Notes under the pieces: generated by a model
The model's database searches: none
What the model saw: the letters and a program-made list of their open reading frames with translations, nothing else
What the model was told of the DNA's origin: nothing
Made by a program: the position numbers and the translations under genes
Shown here: positions 25,206 to 37,448 of the stretch, one piece after another
Position numbering within the stretch: the first letter of the stretch is position 1
Layout: every line of letters begins with the position of its first letter
NCBI RefSeq assembly: GCF_009914755.1
Contig: NC_060933.1
Strand: one strand, 5' to 3'
DNA length: 64,000 bases
Origin: the human T2T-CHM13v2.0 reference genome, Homo sapiens

Positions 25206-26120
25206 TTCGTAATCTTCAGGTAATAAAAAGAACACAATGCTTTTCGTTTATGGTTACCAGGCAGTATGATTCATGAGAAAGGAACTATGGTGTTATTTAG
25301 GATTCTGTATCTTAAAAGTTGAAATCACAGTGATGAAACCTGAAGAGTTGCTGAAATATGTAAGAGCAAAGCTACAAAGGGCTGACTCTGCCAGTGATCT
25401 ATTTTTGGAAAGGCAAAATATTTTAAGGATGTGGATGCTTTGCTTTATGCCCCAAGTTACAGGTAAAGCATGAATCATTCCACGAGCAATAAACCCTGGA
25501 GATCTTAAAATTATGAAAATAAGGTTAAGGTTATTTTCTTCGAAAATAGCTTCTAAAGTGAGGTGTCAGATTGAGATCACAAATTGCGTTCCTCACTTTT
25601 TTCTTCTCTGCTTCTCATCCTATCACCAGGGATGTATACTACCTCTATGATGAAAAATTATGGTCATTTTGTCTCGAAAGATATATTGCATCCACATATG
25701 GGCCAAGTGATTTAATCTTGATTAGTGCTGTCTGAAGGCTTGTCAGATGGGTTAGCGATTGGTCATGTATTTCACAGCACTGCTATTAAATCTACTGGGA
25801 ATTAACATGTTAAATCCATAATCATGCTTTATTGCCTGTATAATCCTGGGTTAACTGAGAAAGAAGTTGATTCATTTTTCACATGTTCACCAAAGTGAAG
25901 TCATATTTTTCCCTTAACTAGTAATTAACCTTTATGGCTTTATTAACTGCTTTACTAAATTTAAATGAAATGTTTATTGGAAAGAGTTCATGGGAAGTGT
26001 AAACCACAATGACATCATGGCCCTGGTGATGTCCTGTTTCTTGGAACTTCTCTATTAAAAATGTTCATATTACAAGTAGCCCATTTTTTATCATGAGGTA
26101 CTAGTGCTTGTAACTTAATA

Positions 26121-26285
26121 GGCAGTGTCGTATAACAAAAACAGCAATGGCTTTGGAGTCACACAGACCTGGATTCAAATCATATCTAATCACTTACAAG
26201 CTGTGTGACCTTAAGCAAGTTCCCCAATATCTCTGAGCCTCAGTTTCCTTACATGTAACTTAGGAATAATAATAGCTAATTCAGA
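26121..26285 (+). mobile_element. MIR SINE
   Basis: ggctttggagtcacacagacctggattcaaatc...gctgtgtgaccttaagcaagtt...ctctgagcctcagtttcct. Confidence 0.8.
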
Positions 26286-28435
26286 CCATTGGTAATAAAA
26301 GAGGTGAATGAATTAGCAGGGAAGATTAGAGAGGTAGTTAATTTACAAGAGGTAATTTTTATCAGTCTATTTTTGGTTAGAACAAGATTTTTGTATTGCG
26401 CTCATATAGAAGAGAGAGAAAACTGGAGGCCATAGAATAGTGTCTGTTTCTAAATTCTCCCCAACTTTCCTTAGCCCCATGGACTAGACATGAACCCTAT
26501 GTAGAGACAATCTGTGACATAGGCTGCTAATATATTTTATTAAGAGTCTTCAGAACTGCCACTAGTCTAAATAGTCCCATTGTGCAAGTGAAACAAAGGT
26601 GCCCCTTGGGGCAGAGATAACCCTGTGGACACATGGCTTGACAAGCCGATGAAGTTTTGTGTAAAGATGATGGGCTGAGCCTCATAGCTTGGTAAGCAGA
26701 GCATGGGTTTGGTGTCACCTCCCCTAGACTCTCCGCAGGGTGCTGTTGCTTAGATGCCAAAACACATCTGCACATGGTACTCTGAACCCCAGAGTTTTAA
26801 CTTGGCATCTGATTATCCAGTCGAGACAAATTTCCCAGTCTCTGTCCCAGATAGGTGTGGTTATGTGAATAAGTTACAGGTAGAGGGATGTGTACGGAAG
26901 TGAAGTCTATAATAGCTTCCAGTCATCTCCTTAAGCAAAGATTCCTTTTTTCCTCTGTCTGGGAAATGGTAACAAGGTAGCAATTTTGGATACAAAGATA
27001 AAAGCCATATTTGGAGGATGGCAGGAGCTAATTCATTAAACTGGGTGAGACAGAACAACTAACATCAGCCCCAGGCTTCTCACTTCTAGAAAACACATCG
27101 ACAGAAATAAACTTTTATCATGCTGAAGCCACAATGTGTTGGAATCTTTTTGTTATATCATTCTAGCTCATATTCTACCTAATATGGGGCTTTTAGACCT
27201 GAGTTAAAGGAGTATTTTTATGAGGGTCTGATTTCCAGTGACACAAGTAATGTTGTTTGGGTGCCAGGTGAAAAGGGATGATGAAGTATAGAAGGGAGCA
27301 TGTACAATGCTTTGGCACCAGAGGCAGTGCCTAGAAAAACTGCAGCAGAGCAGTGATTGTGAGTATAATACATGATAGGAGATGACAGATGCCCAAGAAC
27401 CTGGGCATTGCAGCGACTCTATGTGGCTGAACTGACACACAGATCTTCTTACGGACTCCCTATTACGCTTAGTGAGAGCAATGTCACAGGTGCCTAAGAT
27501 CTGTATAGCAGATAATGGTAAAAAGCAGACATTTTGAGCCATTATTGTTACTCTGACCCCACCTGTACTCACACGCTGATAGGACTTTGAGTCAATCAGG
27601 GACCAATCAGGAAAATAGAAATCACATTATTTATTTCAAACAGAGGTACTTTGATAGAGGATATTTGTGTCAAAGTGTTTGAAGTGTTGAGGAAGATAAA
27701 GGAAAGGTGGAGTAACACAGAGACTGGAAACTACAGGAAGGTCCTAGGATTGTAGGGACAAAAAAAGAGGAAATGATACTAACAAACCCAGGTGAGTACT
27801 CACTACTGATGGTGGTGGTGGAGACCACTACAATGATTGCAACTGCTTCTCCTAAAACTATTGACTTCTCTGGGGCTTGTAAATCCTAGCAGACATTGCC
27901 CGTGACCCATTACTACTCTTGCTAGAAACTACGAAGGCCACTGGAGATCAAAGTTTCCTGATGCTACAAGATGGTGAGAGGAGAGAGAGAAGACAGAGAG
28001 AAACCTTCGGAAACTAGGGTTGTTTGATTCTCTTATATATTCGCAATACTAATTTTTTTCAGATGAGTAGCTTGCAAATATTTTCTCCCATTCAACATGT
28101 TGTCTCTTCACTCTGTTGATCATTTCCTTTGCTTTTATGGCCTGTGCTTTTGTAGTCTTAGCCATAAAATCTTTGCCTAGACCAATATCCTGAAGTCGTT
28201 TCACTCTATTTTTTTTTTCTAGTAGTTTTACAGTTTGGGGTATTATGTTTAAGTCTTCAATCTATCTTGAGTTGATTTTTGTATATGGTGAGAAATAGGG
28301 CCAAGAACTCAAACAACTTAACAGCAAATATATATATTTATATATATCTCTCGTTAAAAAGTAGGCAAAGGACCCAAATAGACATTTCTCAAAAGAAGAT
28401 GGGAGTAGCCAACAGGTATATTTTAAAAATGCTCA

Positions 28436-28618
28436 TAGCATTAGGAGATACACCTAATGCTAAATGATGAGTTAACGGGTGCAGCACACCAGCATGGCAC
28501 ATGTATGCATATGTAACTAACCTGCACATTGTGCACATGTACCCTAAAACTTAAAGTATAATAATAATAAAATAAAATAAAAAAAGAAATTAAAACAAAC
28601 AACAAAAAAAATAAAATA
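28436..28618 (+). mobile_element. Short L1PA3-like 3' fragment nested in the L1MA
   Basis: tagcattaggagat...caccagcatgg...gtaactaacctg plus A-rich tail; TSD aaaaatgctca at 28425-28435 and 28619-28629. Confidence 0.9.
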
Positions 28619-28705
28619 AAAAATGCTCAACATCACTAATCATCTTGGAAATGCAAATAAAAAACACAGTGAGGTATTATCTTGCCCCAGTTAGAATGGC
28701 TATAA

Positions 28706-28797
28706 TCACAAAGACAAAAAATAATAAATGCTGGTGAGAATGCAGAGAAGGTCACAAAGACAAAAAATAATAAATGCTGGTGAGAATGCAGAGAAGG
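28706..28797. repeat. Perfect 46-bp tandem duplication
   Basis: tcacaaagacaaaaaataataaatgctggtgagaatgcagagaagg x2. Confidence 0.95.
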
Positions 28798-31519
28798 GAA
28801 CCCTTATACACTGTTCATGAGAATGTAAATTAGTACAGCCATTATGGAAAACAGTGTGGGGTTTCTCAAAAAACTAAAACTAGAACTACTGTATGATCTG
28901 GCAATCCTACTACTGAGTATTTATTCAAAGGAAAGGAAATCAGTATATCGAAGGGATGCCTGCACCCCATGTTTATTATGACACTGTTCACAATAGCCAA
29001 AATATAAAATCAACCTAAGTATCCATCAACAAATGAATATATAAAGAAAATGTGGTATATATGCACAATGGAATATTCAGACATAAAAATAATGAAATTC
29101 TGTTATTTGCAGCATCATGGATGAAACTGAAGGCCATTATGTTAAGTGAAATGATGCAGGAACAGAAAGTTAAATATTGCATGTTATCACTCATACATGC
29201 GAGTGAAAAAAGTTGATCTCATGGAGGGAGACAGTAGAATGATGCTTCCAAAAGGCTGGAAGGGTAGAGGAGGGTGGATGAAGAGAGGCTGGTTAATGCA
29301 TAAAAACATACAGTTAGAAGGAATAAATTCTAGTGTCCAACAGCATAGTAGGGTGAGTATAGTTAGCAAAAATTTTTTGTGTATTTCAAAATAACCAGAA
29401 GAGAAGGTTTGAAATGTTCCTAACACAAATAAATGATAAATATTTGAGGTGATGAATATCCCAAATACCCTGAGTTGATGGTTGTATGCATACAGCAAAA
29501 TATCACATGTACCCCATAAATAGGTAAAATTATGTATTGCTAAAAATAAAGCTAAGGTTGGAATATGTATTCATTTTATAAAGGGAATTCTCACATTAAT
29601 GGGGAGAAATTAGAGGCCAGAGAGGCCAGAAGCAGGGAAACCAGGTTGGAGGTTGTGCCGTCCCAGAAGTGTCTAGAACAATGCAGGGCAGATGATGAAC
29701 CTCTAATTTGTATACGTGATCAGGATATTAAATATAAACCTTTCTGTTTCTTTAGCATCTAATATTAACTTCTATCTTCCTTTTAAATACACCAGAGTAA
29801 GTTCATGGCACATAAACTATTCTTTAAGCAGAGAATAATATCATACTGTACCTGACATATACTCCCATTGCTCCACATTTTGTAAATTTTTCATAGCAGG
29901 AAGTTTATTTCATAGCAAATTATGAAACACTGAATTAAACATAAACCTGAATGCTGAAGGAATAACAGCAGCATGTCAAAATTTCCTCTGCTCTTGGTTA
30001 AATTTTAATAAAATTTGCTGGCCTTCAGACATGGGCACTTAAGGCTTGTCACTGAATAATTCTAATAAATGAATGATATACATACTCAAATATATATTTT
30101 TAAATGTACTAATTTTTGTGGGAACATTGATGCCTATTTACTGCACTTTGAAATTATTTTTTTTTCTCAAATGATCATTCTGTCTCAGGTTTTGATGCTT
30201 TTGGTACACAAATTTTATCTCCATTCTTTCCATGGACCGGTACCTCCGATGCCTAGCTCATATGAAGACTAAGGAATCCTGCTTATTGGGATTGCAACGA
30301 CTATTTAACTATGACAGAGCAGGCCCGTAAGATCTGACCCTATTTCTATCTCCTCATACAAATGATGGGGCTTCATTTATCACATCATTTCAAAATGATG
30401 CCTTTTACACCTGACTGGTTTTCCTTGGGTCAATATTACTGACAAATGACTATCTCCTTCAATACCAACCGGTGATAACTCTTAATGTGTCTTATACTTG
30501 TAAAAGATTAATCTAAACTCAGAGTGTACTTGAAAGCCAGGAGAAGTCACACCAAAGAGTATTTCTAAGTTTCTTGAATGCCCGACACTGTGCTACATTC
30601 AAAATATACAAACTATGTAAGATAATAATTACCATTCTTTGAATGCCTGGCAATAGGCTGAGCATTTTACACACATTATTTCAGTTAGTCCTCTCAATTA
30701 TGCTGAGAGGTAAGTATTTTCATGCCTGTTTTATAAAGGAGGAGACAGAGAGTTGGTGACTGTAAGCAATTTGCCAGGGATTACAGAAATAGTGAACAGT
30801 AGAACTGGGATTCAAACTTAGGTCTGACTAAACCCAACACACATGTTACCTGGCATAATCTCAGACAATATCACAGTGTTTTAGGGTTAATCATCTCCTT
30901 TAGGGCATTAAAAAAAAAAGACCCACGTGGCCATTTTATTATTGATATCTTCTCATGGGCCTCTATCTACACACACAAATTTTAATGGAGATAACTTGCC
31001 CAAGCAAATACACAATCAGCAAAGCATTGGCCTTTATCTGCACTGATGAGTCTGCCATTTGCAGTGTTCCCATGTCTCTCTAATCTTATCCATGGCTTTT
31101 ACCTTATATGTGTGAGTGTCCTCTAGACCCTTCCCCTGCGCATCTTTTGGCATCAGATCCGCCTTCACTACAACAGGGGATCAGGCAGTGAGGCTTCAAG
31201 GCCCCTTGACCCTTCTCTGTCCCATACTGGTACCCTTGAGCCCCTTGTTTTCCTCACTCTACAAACCCCAAGATTCTCAGATTTCCTTTTTTTGTCTAGT
31301 ACACTTCTAGGGCCTGCTGCACCCAATAGAGTAAGAGTCAGTCTGCCAAGCTCCCCTCTTTTCACACTGCCTGCAAGCATAAACCACCAGGCCTTTTGTG
31401 TGTGTGTTTCAGAGATTTTAACCCTAATTTAAAACAGGGAAAGATACAAATAAGCAAGGAGAAGAGACAGAAGTGCAAAAGTATATTATTGCTTCTGACT
31501 CCATTAAGTTGGGGAGCAT

Positions 31520-32110
31520 TCATCTTAAAATCGCTGATTATGCTCAATCCTACCTAAATAACTGATGACCCTTCCATGTCAACATGAGAAAGTTCAAACT
31601 CCTTATTAGGGCTTTTAAGGCCTCATACAATGTGTTCCCTGCTGTGCTGTCCAGTGCCACCTCTTATGACCCTTACCTGTTTATCTCACCTCCAGACCCA
31701 GAGCACTGCAACCCATGATCCTTTACACTTACCTTCTGTGCACCTGCTATTGCCCCTGCCAGCCTGACTGCTTCCCTACCCAGACCAGGAAAATGACATT
31801 GTCCTGCAAATATCAGCTCCTATTTCATTTCCCCATGAAATCTTCCCCAATTCCCTCAGGCATCATGAATGGCACTTTCCATTCTGTTCACCTGACAGTG
31901 CTTTGTGCCTGACTCTCTTCCAGGCCCTTGTCTCACTGCATTATAATCATGGTTATGTGCCTGTGTCTCCTGCTTGAATTAGATGTTATTAATGGCAGAG
32001 ACTATGTTTTGTTGACCTCTCAGTGCCTTAGCACTTCCTGAAAGTGCCTGGATTTTGCCCCCAACATTTTCTGAATACATAAATGAATAAGTAAATGGAT
32101 AAATGAATCA
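31520..32110 (+). mobile_element. L2 3' relic
   Basis: aagttcaaactcctt...ggcagagactatgttttgtt...ending in a tgaata/aatgaat-type tail. Confidence 0.6.
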
Positions 32111-33563
32111 ATATGCTTGAGACGAGGGCAAGTTATTATCATAACCATGTGCCATGCATCCCAAGGCTAGAAAGGTGAATGACAGTTACAACAATTCCTG
32201 TATTTATAATGTCCCTATTCACATCACATTGCTACAGGAGTTTAGCATTTTACACCAATTTTTTTCTACCTAAGAATGTAGAAGAATTGTTCTTTCCCAT
32301 CAAGAAGAGGCAGTGTGTCAGTCTTATGTGAGTCCTGTGACCAAGCAGTATCCTCCACGAAGCGATTGCATGTCAGCTGGTGACATATTATGGCAGGCAT
32401 CACTGCAAGCAGCTCCCTTTGGCACAGAAGAGAGTTAATGAAGGGATAGGAGAACGTCTTGAAAGATTCAGGCAGCCTGGCTGGGAGCTGGGATGCAAGA
32501 GAAACAGAGGCCTTCCTCTCAAGCACATGGAACGGGGTCCATTTGTGGACTTGGAGGAGAGCAAGGTTATCAGAGAAGCCTTCTGTTCCCACCTTCTCAA
32601 GTTGCTACAGGCACTTCTACGTGGGGCTTGTCCCTTTTTTCTCCATGTTCTGAAGCAGGAAGCCAAGGTATTCCTAGAGATCATTTTAGTGTCAGGACCA
32701 TCAAAGATGGGTGCCTGTCCTCATCTGTTTTGGGGGAAAAGGAACAAATGGAATGTGGAAAAAAGGTGGACATTCTCTGATCTTTTGAGGCCTATTTTTC
32801 CTGAGAAAGGATTCTCTCTCCTTCTACTTTCTAATCTTCAGGTAATATGATACCTCCTATCTGGAAAATAAAGGTGCTCTACTGATGAGAACATTTATAT
32901 CTGTATTTGGTATTATTCAAGATTAAGATATGGGTCCAGCTCTCAGGAAAAAACATGGAGAAACATGAGCTAATCAATGATGACTCCATGGTAAGCATGC
33001 TTCACGGAGCACATGAGAACAGGGCACTATAAGGACATGCTGGGGGACGTCTAATCATTCTCTCTATGGTTAAATTAAAGCATCCTGGGGGAAGCAGGAC
33101 CTGAGCTATGAAAAATCATCAGAAGTTTAATAGACTGAAAAGAGTAAAAAAGGTTTTCAGGTCAAGTGAGCAACATACGTGAAGGTAGGGAGCAACATAA
33201 TGTCTCTTTTGGGAATTATAACCTGACATGACTGACATACACATTGGGAAGTAGAGAATGGGAAAAAATGATGCAGGAGAGTTAGGTTCAGGCAAGGGTG
33301 TGATGGGCTTTGTGAGCAATGTTGAAAAGCCGAGACTTTATATTAATGCTTCAGGTGGGCAGCTGAGGGCCACATTCCAAGAGGCCAAATCAAGTAAGAA
33401 GATACAGCCATGAAGAACCTAGTAGACAGAGCTGTTTCTTTCCACATCCGATTCCCAGTGTGGAATGCAAGGGGTTGGGTTTCCTTAGGCTCTCACAGCA
33501 GAAATCAGCAGCCTATGCACTATGAGAACAAGTGCCTCAAGTAGCCAGAGGTAAAGCTACTAG

Positions 33564-33892
<329 letters not shown>

Positions 33893-34115
33893 TTGCTTGT
33901 GCTTTTAATCAAATCATTTCACTTCCATGAGCCACCACTTTTCTTTTTTTTAAACCTGCAATGTAGATATAACAATGTCATTCCCACAGCCTTTTTGAGT
34001 ATTAAGTAAAACAACACACGGGAACAGTGAAAAGTGCCTAACACAAAATCTAACACATATTTAGTGCTCAACAAATTGGTTAAACTTAGATTGTGACATA
34101 TTTAGAACTTTACAC

Positions 34116-34333
34116 CAACACTCACCAACAGAACTTTCTGTGATGATGGAAATATTTTATATTTGTGTATTGTAGTATTATATTGCTTTGTAGCCACTAG
34201 CAACATGTGACTATCAGGCACTTGAAATGTGGCTACTGCAATCAGAGAACTGAAATATTAATTTTATTTCATTTTAATTTGTTTAAATTTAAGTAGACAC
34301 ATGTGGCAAAGTGCTAGTATACTGGAAAACACA
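34116..34333 (+). mobile_element. MER3-like hAT MITE
   Basis: agaactttctgtgatgatggaaat...gtagccactag...cacttgaaatgtggcta. Confidence 0.8.
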
Positions 34334-34575
34334 GCTTAATTTTCTACAAATTCTTTACATAAATAAAATATTTTATTCTAAAAATATTTTTAAACCCCAT
34401 AAGTTTGTTGATTACCAATTTTGATAACCTAAAAATAATTATAGTATCTGTACTTAGAATTCTACTCTATTTACCAGCCTGAATTTTGAAATATCTTTGA
34501 TAAAATTTTTTTAAATCATGAGAATAACTTTGATTTTGACATATCTACATACATATTATAAAATAGATGAATACT

Positions 34576-34870
34576 GGCCGGACACGGTGGCTCACGCCTG
34601 TAATCCCAGCACTTTGGGAGTTTGAGGCAGGCGGATCACCTGAGATTAGGAGTTCAAGACCATCCTTGTCAACATGGTAAGACCTCCTCTCTACTAAAAA
34701 TACAAAAATTAGCCAGGTGTGATGGCAGGTACCTGCAATCCCAGCTACTCGGGAGGCTGAGGTGTGCGCTTGAACCCGAGAAATAGAGGTTGCAGTGAGC
34801 CGAGATCGCGCCATTGCATTCCGGCCTGGGAAACAAGAGTGAAACTCCATCTCAAAAAAATAAAAAAATA
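34576..34870 (+). mobile_element. AluSp/Sq
   Basis: ccattgca...aacaagagtgaaactcc; perfect 16-bp TSD aaaatagatgaatact. Confidence 0.93.
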
Positions 34871-35255
34871 AAAATAGATGAATACTATAATTAATTTTAA
34901 AAAGAAGATTACATAACAGCATCTATAAAGTGATACCATTTATTTTTAAAAATATATATGTGAAAATTGTAACACTTTATCACAGGAATACCAACTTATA
35001 TGTGATATTTTTTATCTCCTCTCTGAGTGTTTTGTATAGCCGAATCTTTTTCAATGAATAGAGGTTAATTTTATAATTTGAACTATTTTGCTTTTGTTTC
35101 AAAAATAAAAATGCGCTAACTAAAAAGATTCTGGGAAACAGAATAAAAATGTATTCACAGAAAGACAGCCTATGTTTATGTCTCCATTTAAGGCATTTAA
35201 TCTTTTATTTCTGTCATAAGTAAAGGACTAGCCCATCTTGATTAAAGTTAAGGAA

Positions 35256-35551
<296 letters not shown>

Positions 35552-35850
35552 TTAAGGAAAAGTGAGTTGAATCTGCTTGTCTCAGATTCATTCACTTCCT
35601 TTATCAAGAACATGCTACTAAGAAAAAGCAAATAGGTCACGTCACCCTGTCCAACTTTGTTAACATGGTAATTAGACCTCTTGGCAAATAATCTAATAAT
35701 ATTTGCTGAGATAAGTGTCTTTAACTATTGGGCATTCTTAACAGGATGTCTCTGGTTATGTACTACAGAAATTAAACCCAGAATCTCTGGGTTTATTAGC
35801 ATGACCCCCCAACCCCTTGGAAAATGGCATGCAAGCTGAGGTAAATAAAA

Positions 35851-37448
35851 TGAGGAAACGTCAAAAAGTTCATGAAAAAATGAAATTAAAAGCTAAATAT
35901 AAAAAGTGTATATAAACTTTATTCCTCAACATAAGCGCCATCAATATTTTTGCAAGCAATGAAACCAGCCACTTACTACATTCCTAAAGAATTGAGGGTC
36001 CTGTGAAAGTAACCAAGTCAATGCAGTCTTTACATTATTAACTAAAGAAAGCTGAGTGCCTCTTAAAGATTTTTTAAGATTAGGAAACTAAAAGTCAGAG
36101 GACCAAAATCAAGACTGTAAGGTGGATGCCTAATGATTTCCCATTGAAACTCTTGCAAAATTGTCTTTGTTTGATGAAAGGAATGAGCAGGAACATTGTT
36201 GTAGTGAAGTGGGACTCTCTGGTGAAGCTTTCTCAGGGGTTTCCTGCTAAAACTTTGGCTAACTTTCTCAAAATCCTGTCATTATAAGCAGATGTTACTA
36301 TTCTTTTGCCCTCCAGAAGGTGAACAAGCAAAATGCCTTGAGCATCCCCAAAAATCTGTTGCCATGATCTTTTGACCAGTTGCTTTTGCTTTGACTGGAC
36401 CACTTCCATCACCCCTTGGTAGCAATTGCTTTAACTGTGCTTTGTTCTAATGCCACGTTTCAACTCCCCGTAAAATTCTTTGAAGAAATCCTTCATGGTC
36501 TTGATCCCCCTTGTTTAAAATTTCCCTTGAAAGGAGCTGGAGGCCATTATTCTAAGTGAAGTAACTCAGGAATGGAAAAATCAAATATCATATATTTTCA
36601 CTTATAAATGAGAGCTAAACTATGGGTATGCAAGGGCATACAGAGTGATATAATGAATTATGAATACTCAGAAAGGGGAGGATTTGGAGGATAGAGGGAG
36701 AAAAAACTACATATTGGATATAATGTAAACTACCTGGATGACAGGTACACTAAAATCTCAAACCTCATCTATACGATTCATCCATGTAACCAAAAACCAT
36801 TTGTACCCTAAAAGCTATTGAAATAAAAAATATATACTTTTTTTTTTTTAAAGAAAGCTCTGCTGTCATCTGCAGCTCACCTGGGGACAATGATTTTGGA
36901 ACTCACGGATTATTAAAGTTTGCTCAACTTTAATTTTTCAGTCAGAATTGGGCAAGCTGAACCATTGAGATGTCTACAGTGATGACTATTCTTTTGCTAT
37001 TAATTTTTGATCCTCTTCAATTAGGCCATGAACAAAATGAATTTTTTTCTTGAAAATTGATGTAGATGGTCAGGTCAGCAGATGAAACCTGCTGCAGGTT
37101 CCATCTTTGACATCATCTCATTCCTTCTTAAAATGAATTATCCACTTGTAAACTGCTGATTCCTTTGGGGCATTGTCCCCATAAACCCTTCATAGAGCAT
37201 TAATGATTTCATCATTCTTCCACCCAAGCTTCACCATAAATTTGATGTTTGTTTTTCCCTCAATTTTAGCTCTGATAGGGGCTCTTTCCAGACTGATGTC
37301 TTATTTTTCTCGGTGCCTCAAAATAGATCTTGTTCAGACATGTCATAAAAAGTTAATACTAATTTATTATGGTGCAAACAATTTTTAGCAATTGATGCAT
37401 AGATTTTTCATAATACACATTTCCCAAGAACTTTTTAAAGACACTTCA
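35851..37448 (-). mobile_element. HSMAR2 mariner transposon, near full length, decayed transposase
   Basis: Both TIRs present (tgaggaaacgtcaaaaagttcatg... and ...ttcccaagaactttttaaagacacttca-TA). The minus strand encodes IKFMVKLGWKN...YGDNAPK-like transposase N-terminus. Confidence 0.88.
36533..36835 (+). mobile_element. L1PB-type 3' fragment nested in HSMAR2
   Basis: ctggaggccattattctaagtgaagtaactcaggaatggaaaa...catccatgtaaccaaaaacca...gctattgaaataaaaaa. Confidence 0.85.

Larger units (their letters stand above)
28020..29548 (+). mobile_element. L1MA 3' end with 5' inversion (28020-28300 antisense, 28301-29548 sense)
   Basis: Antisense ORF2 segment joined to sense caagaactcaaacaac...3'UTR; degenerate TSD aaactagggttg / aagctaaggttg. 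Confidence 0.8.

Noticed and set aside
26700-27800. Degenerate MLT1/LTR-like relics
   Set aside because: Too diverged to delimit by eye.
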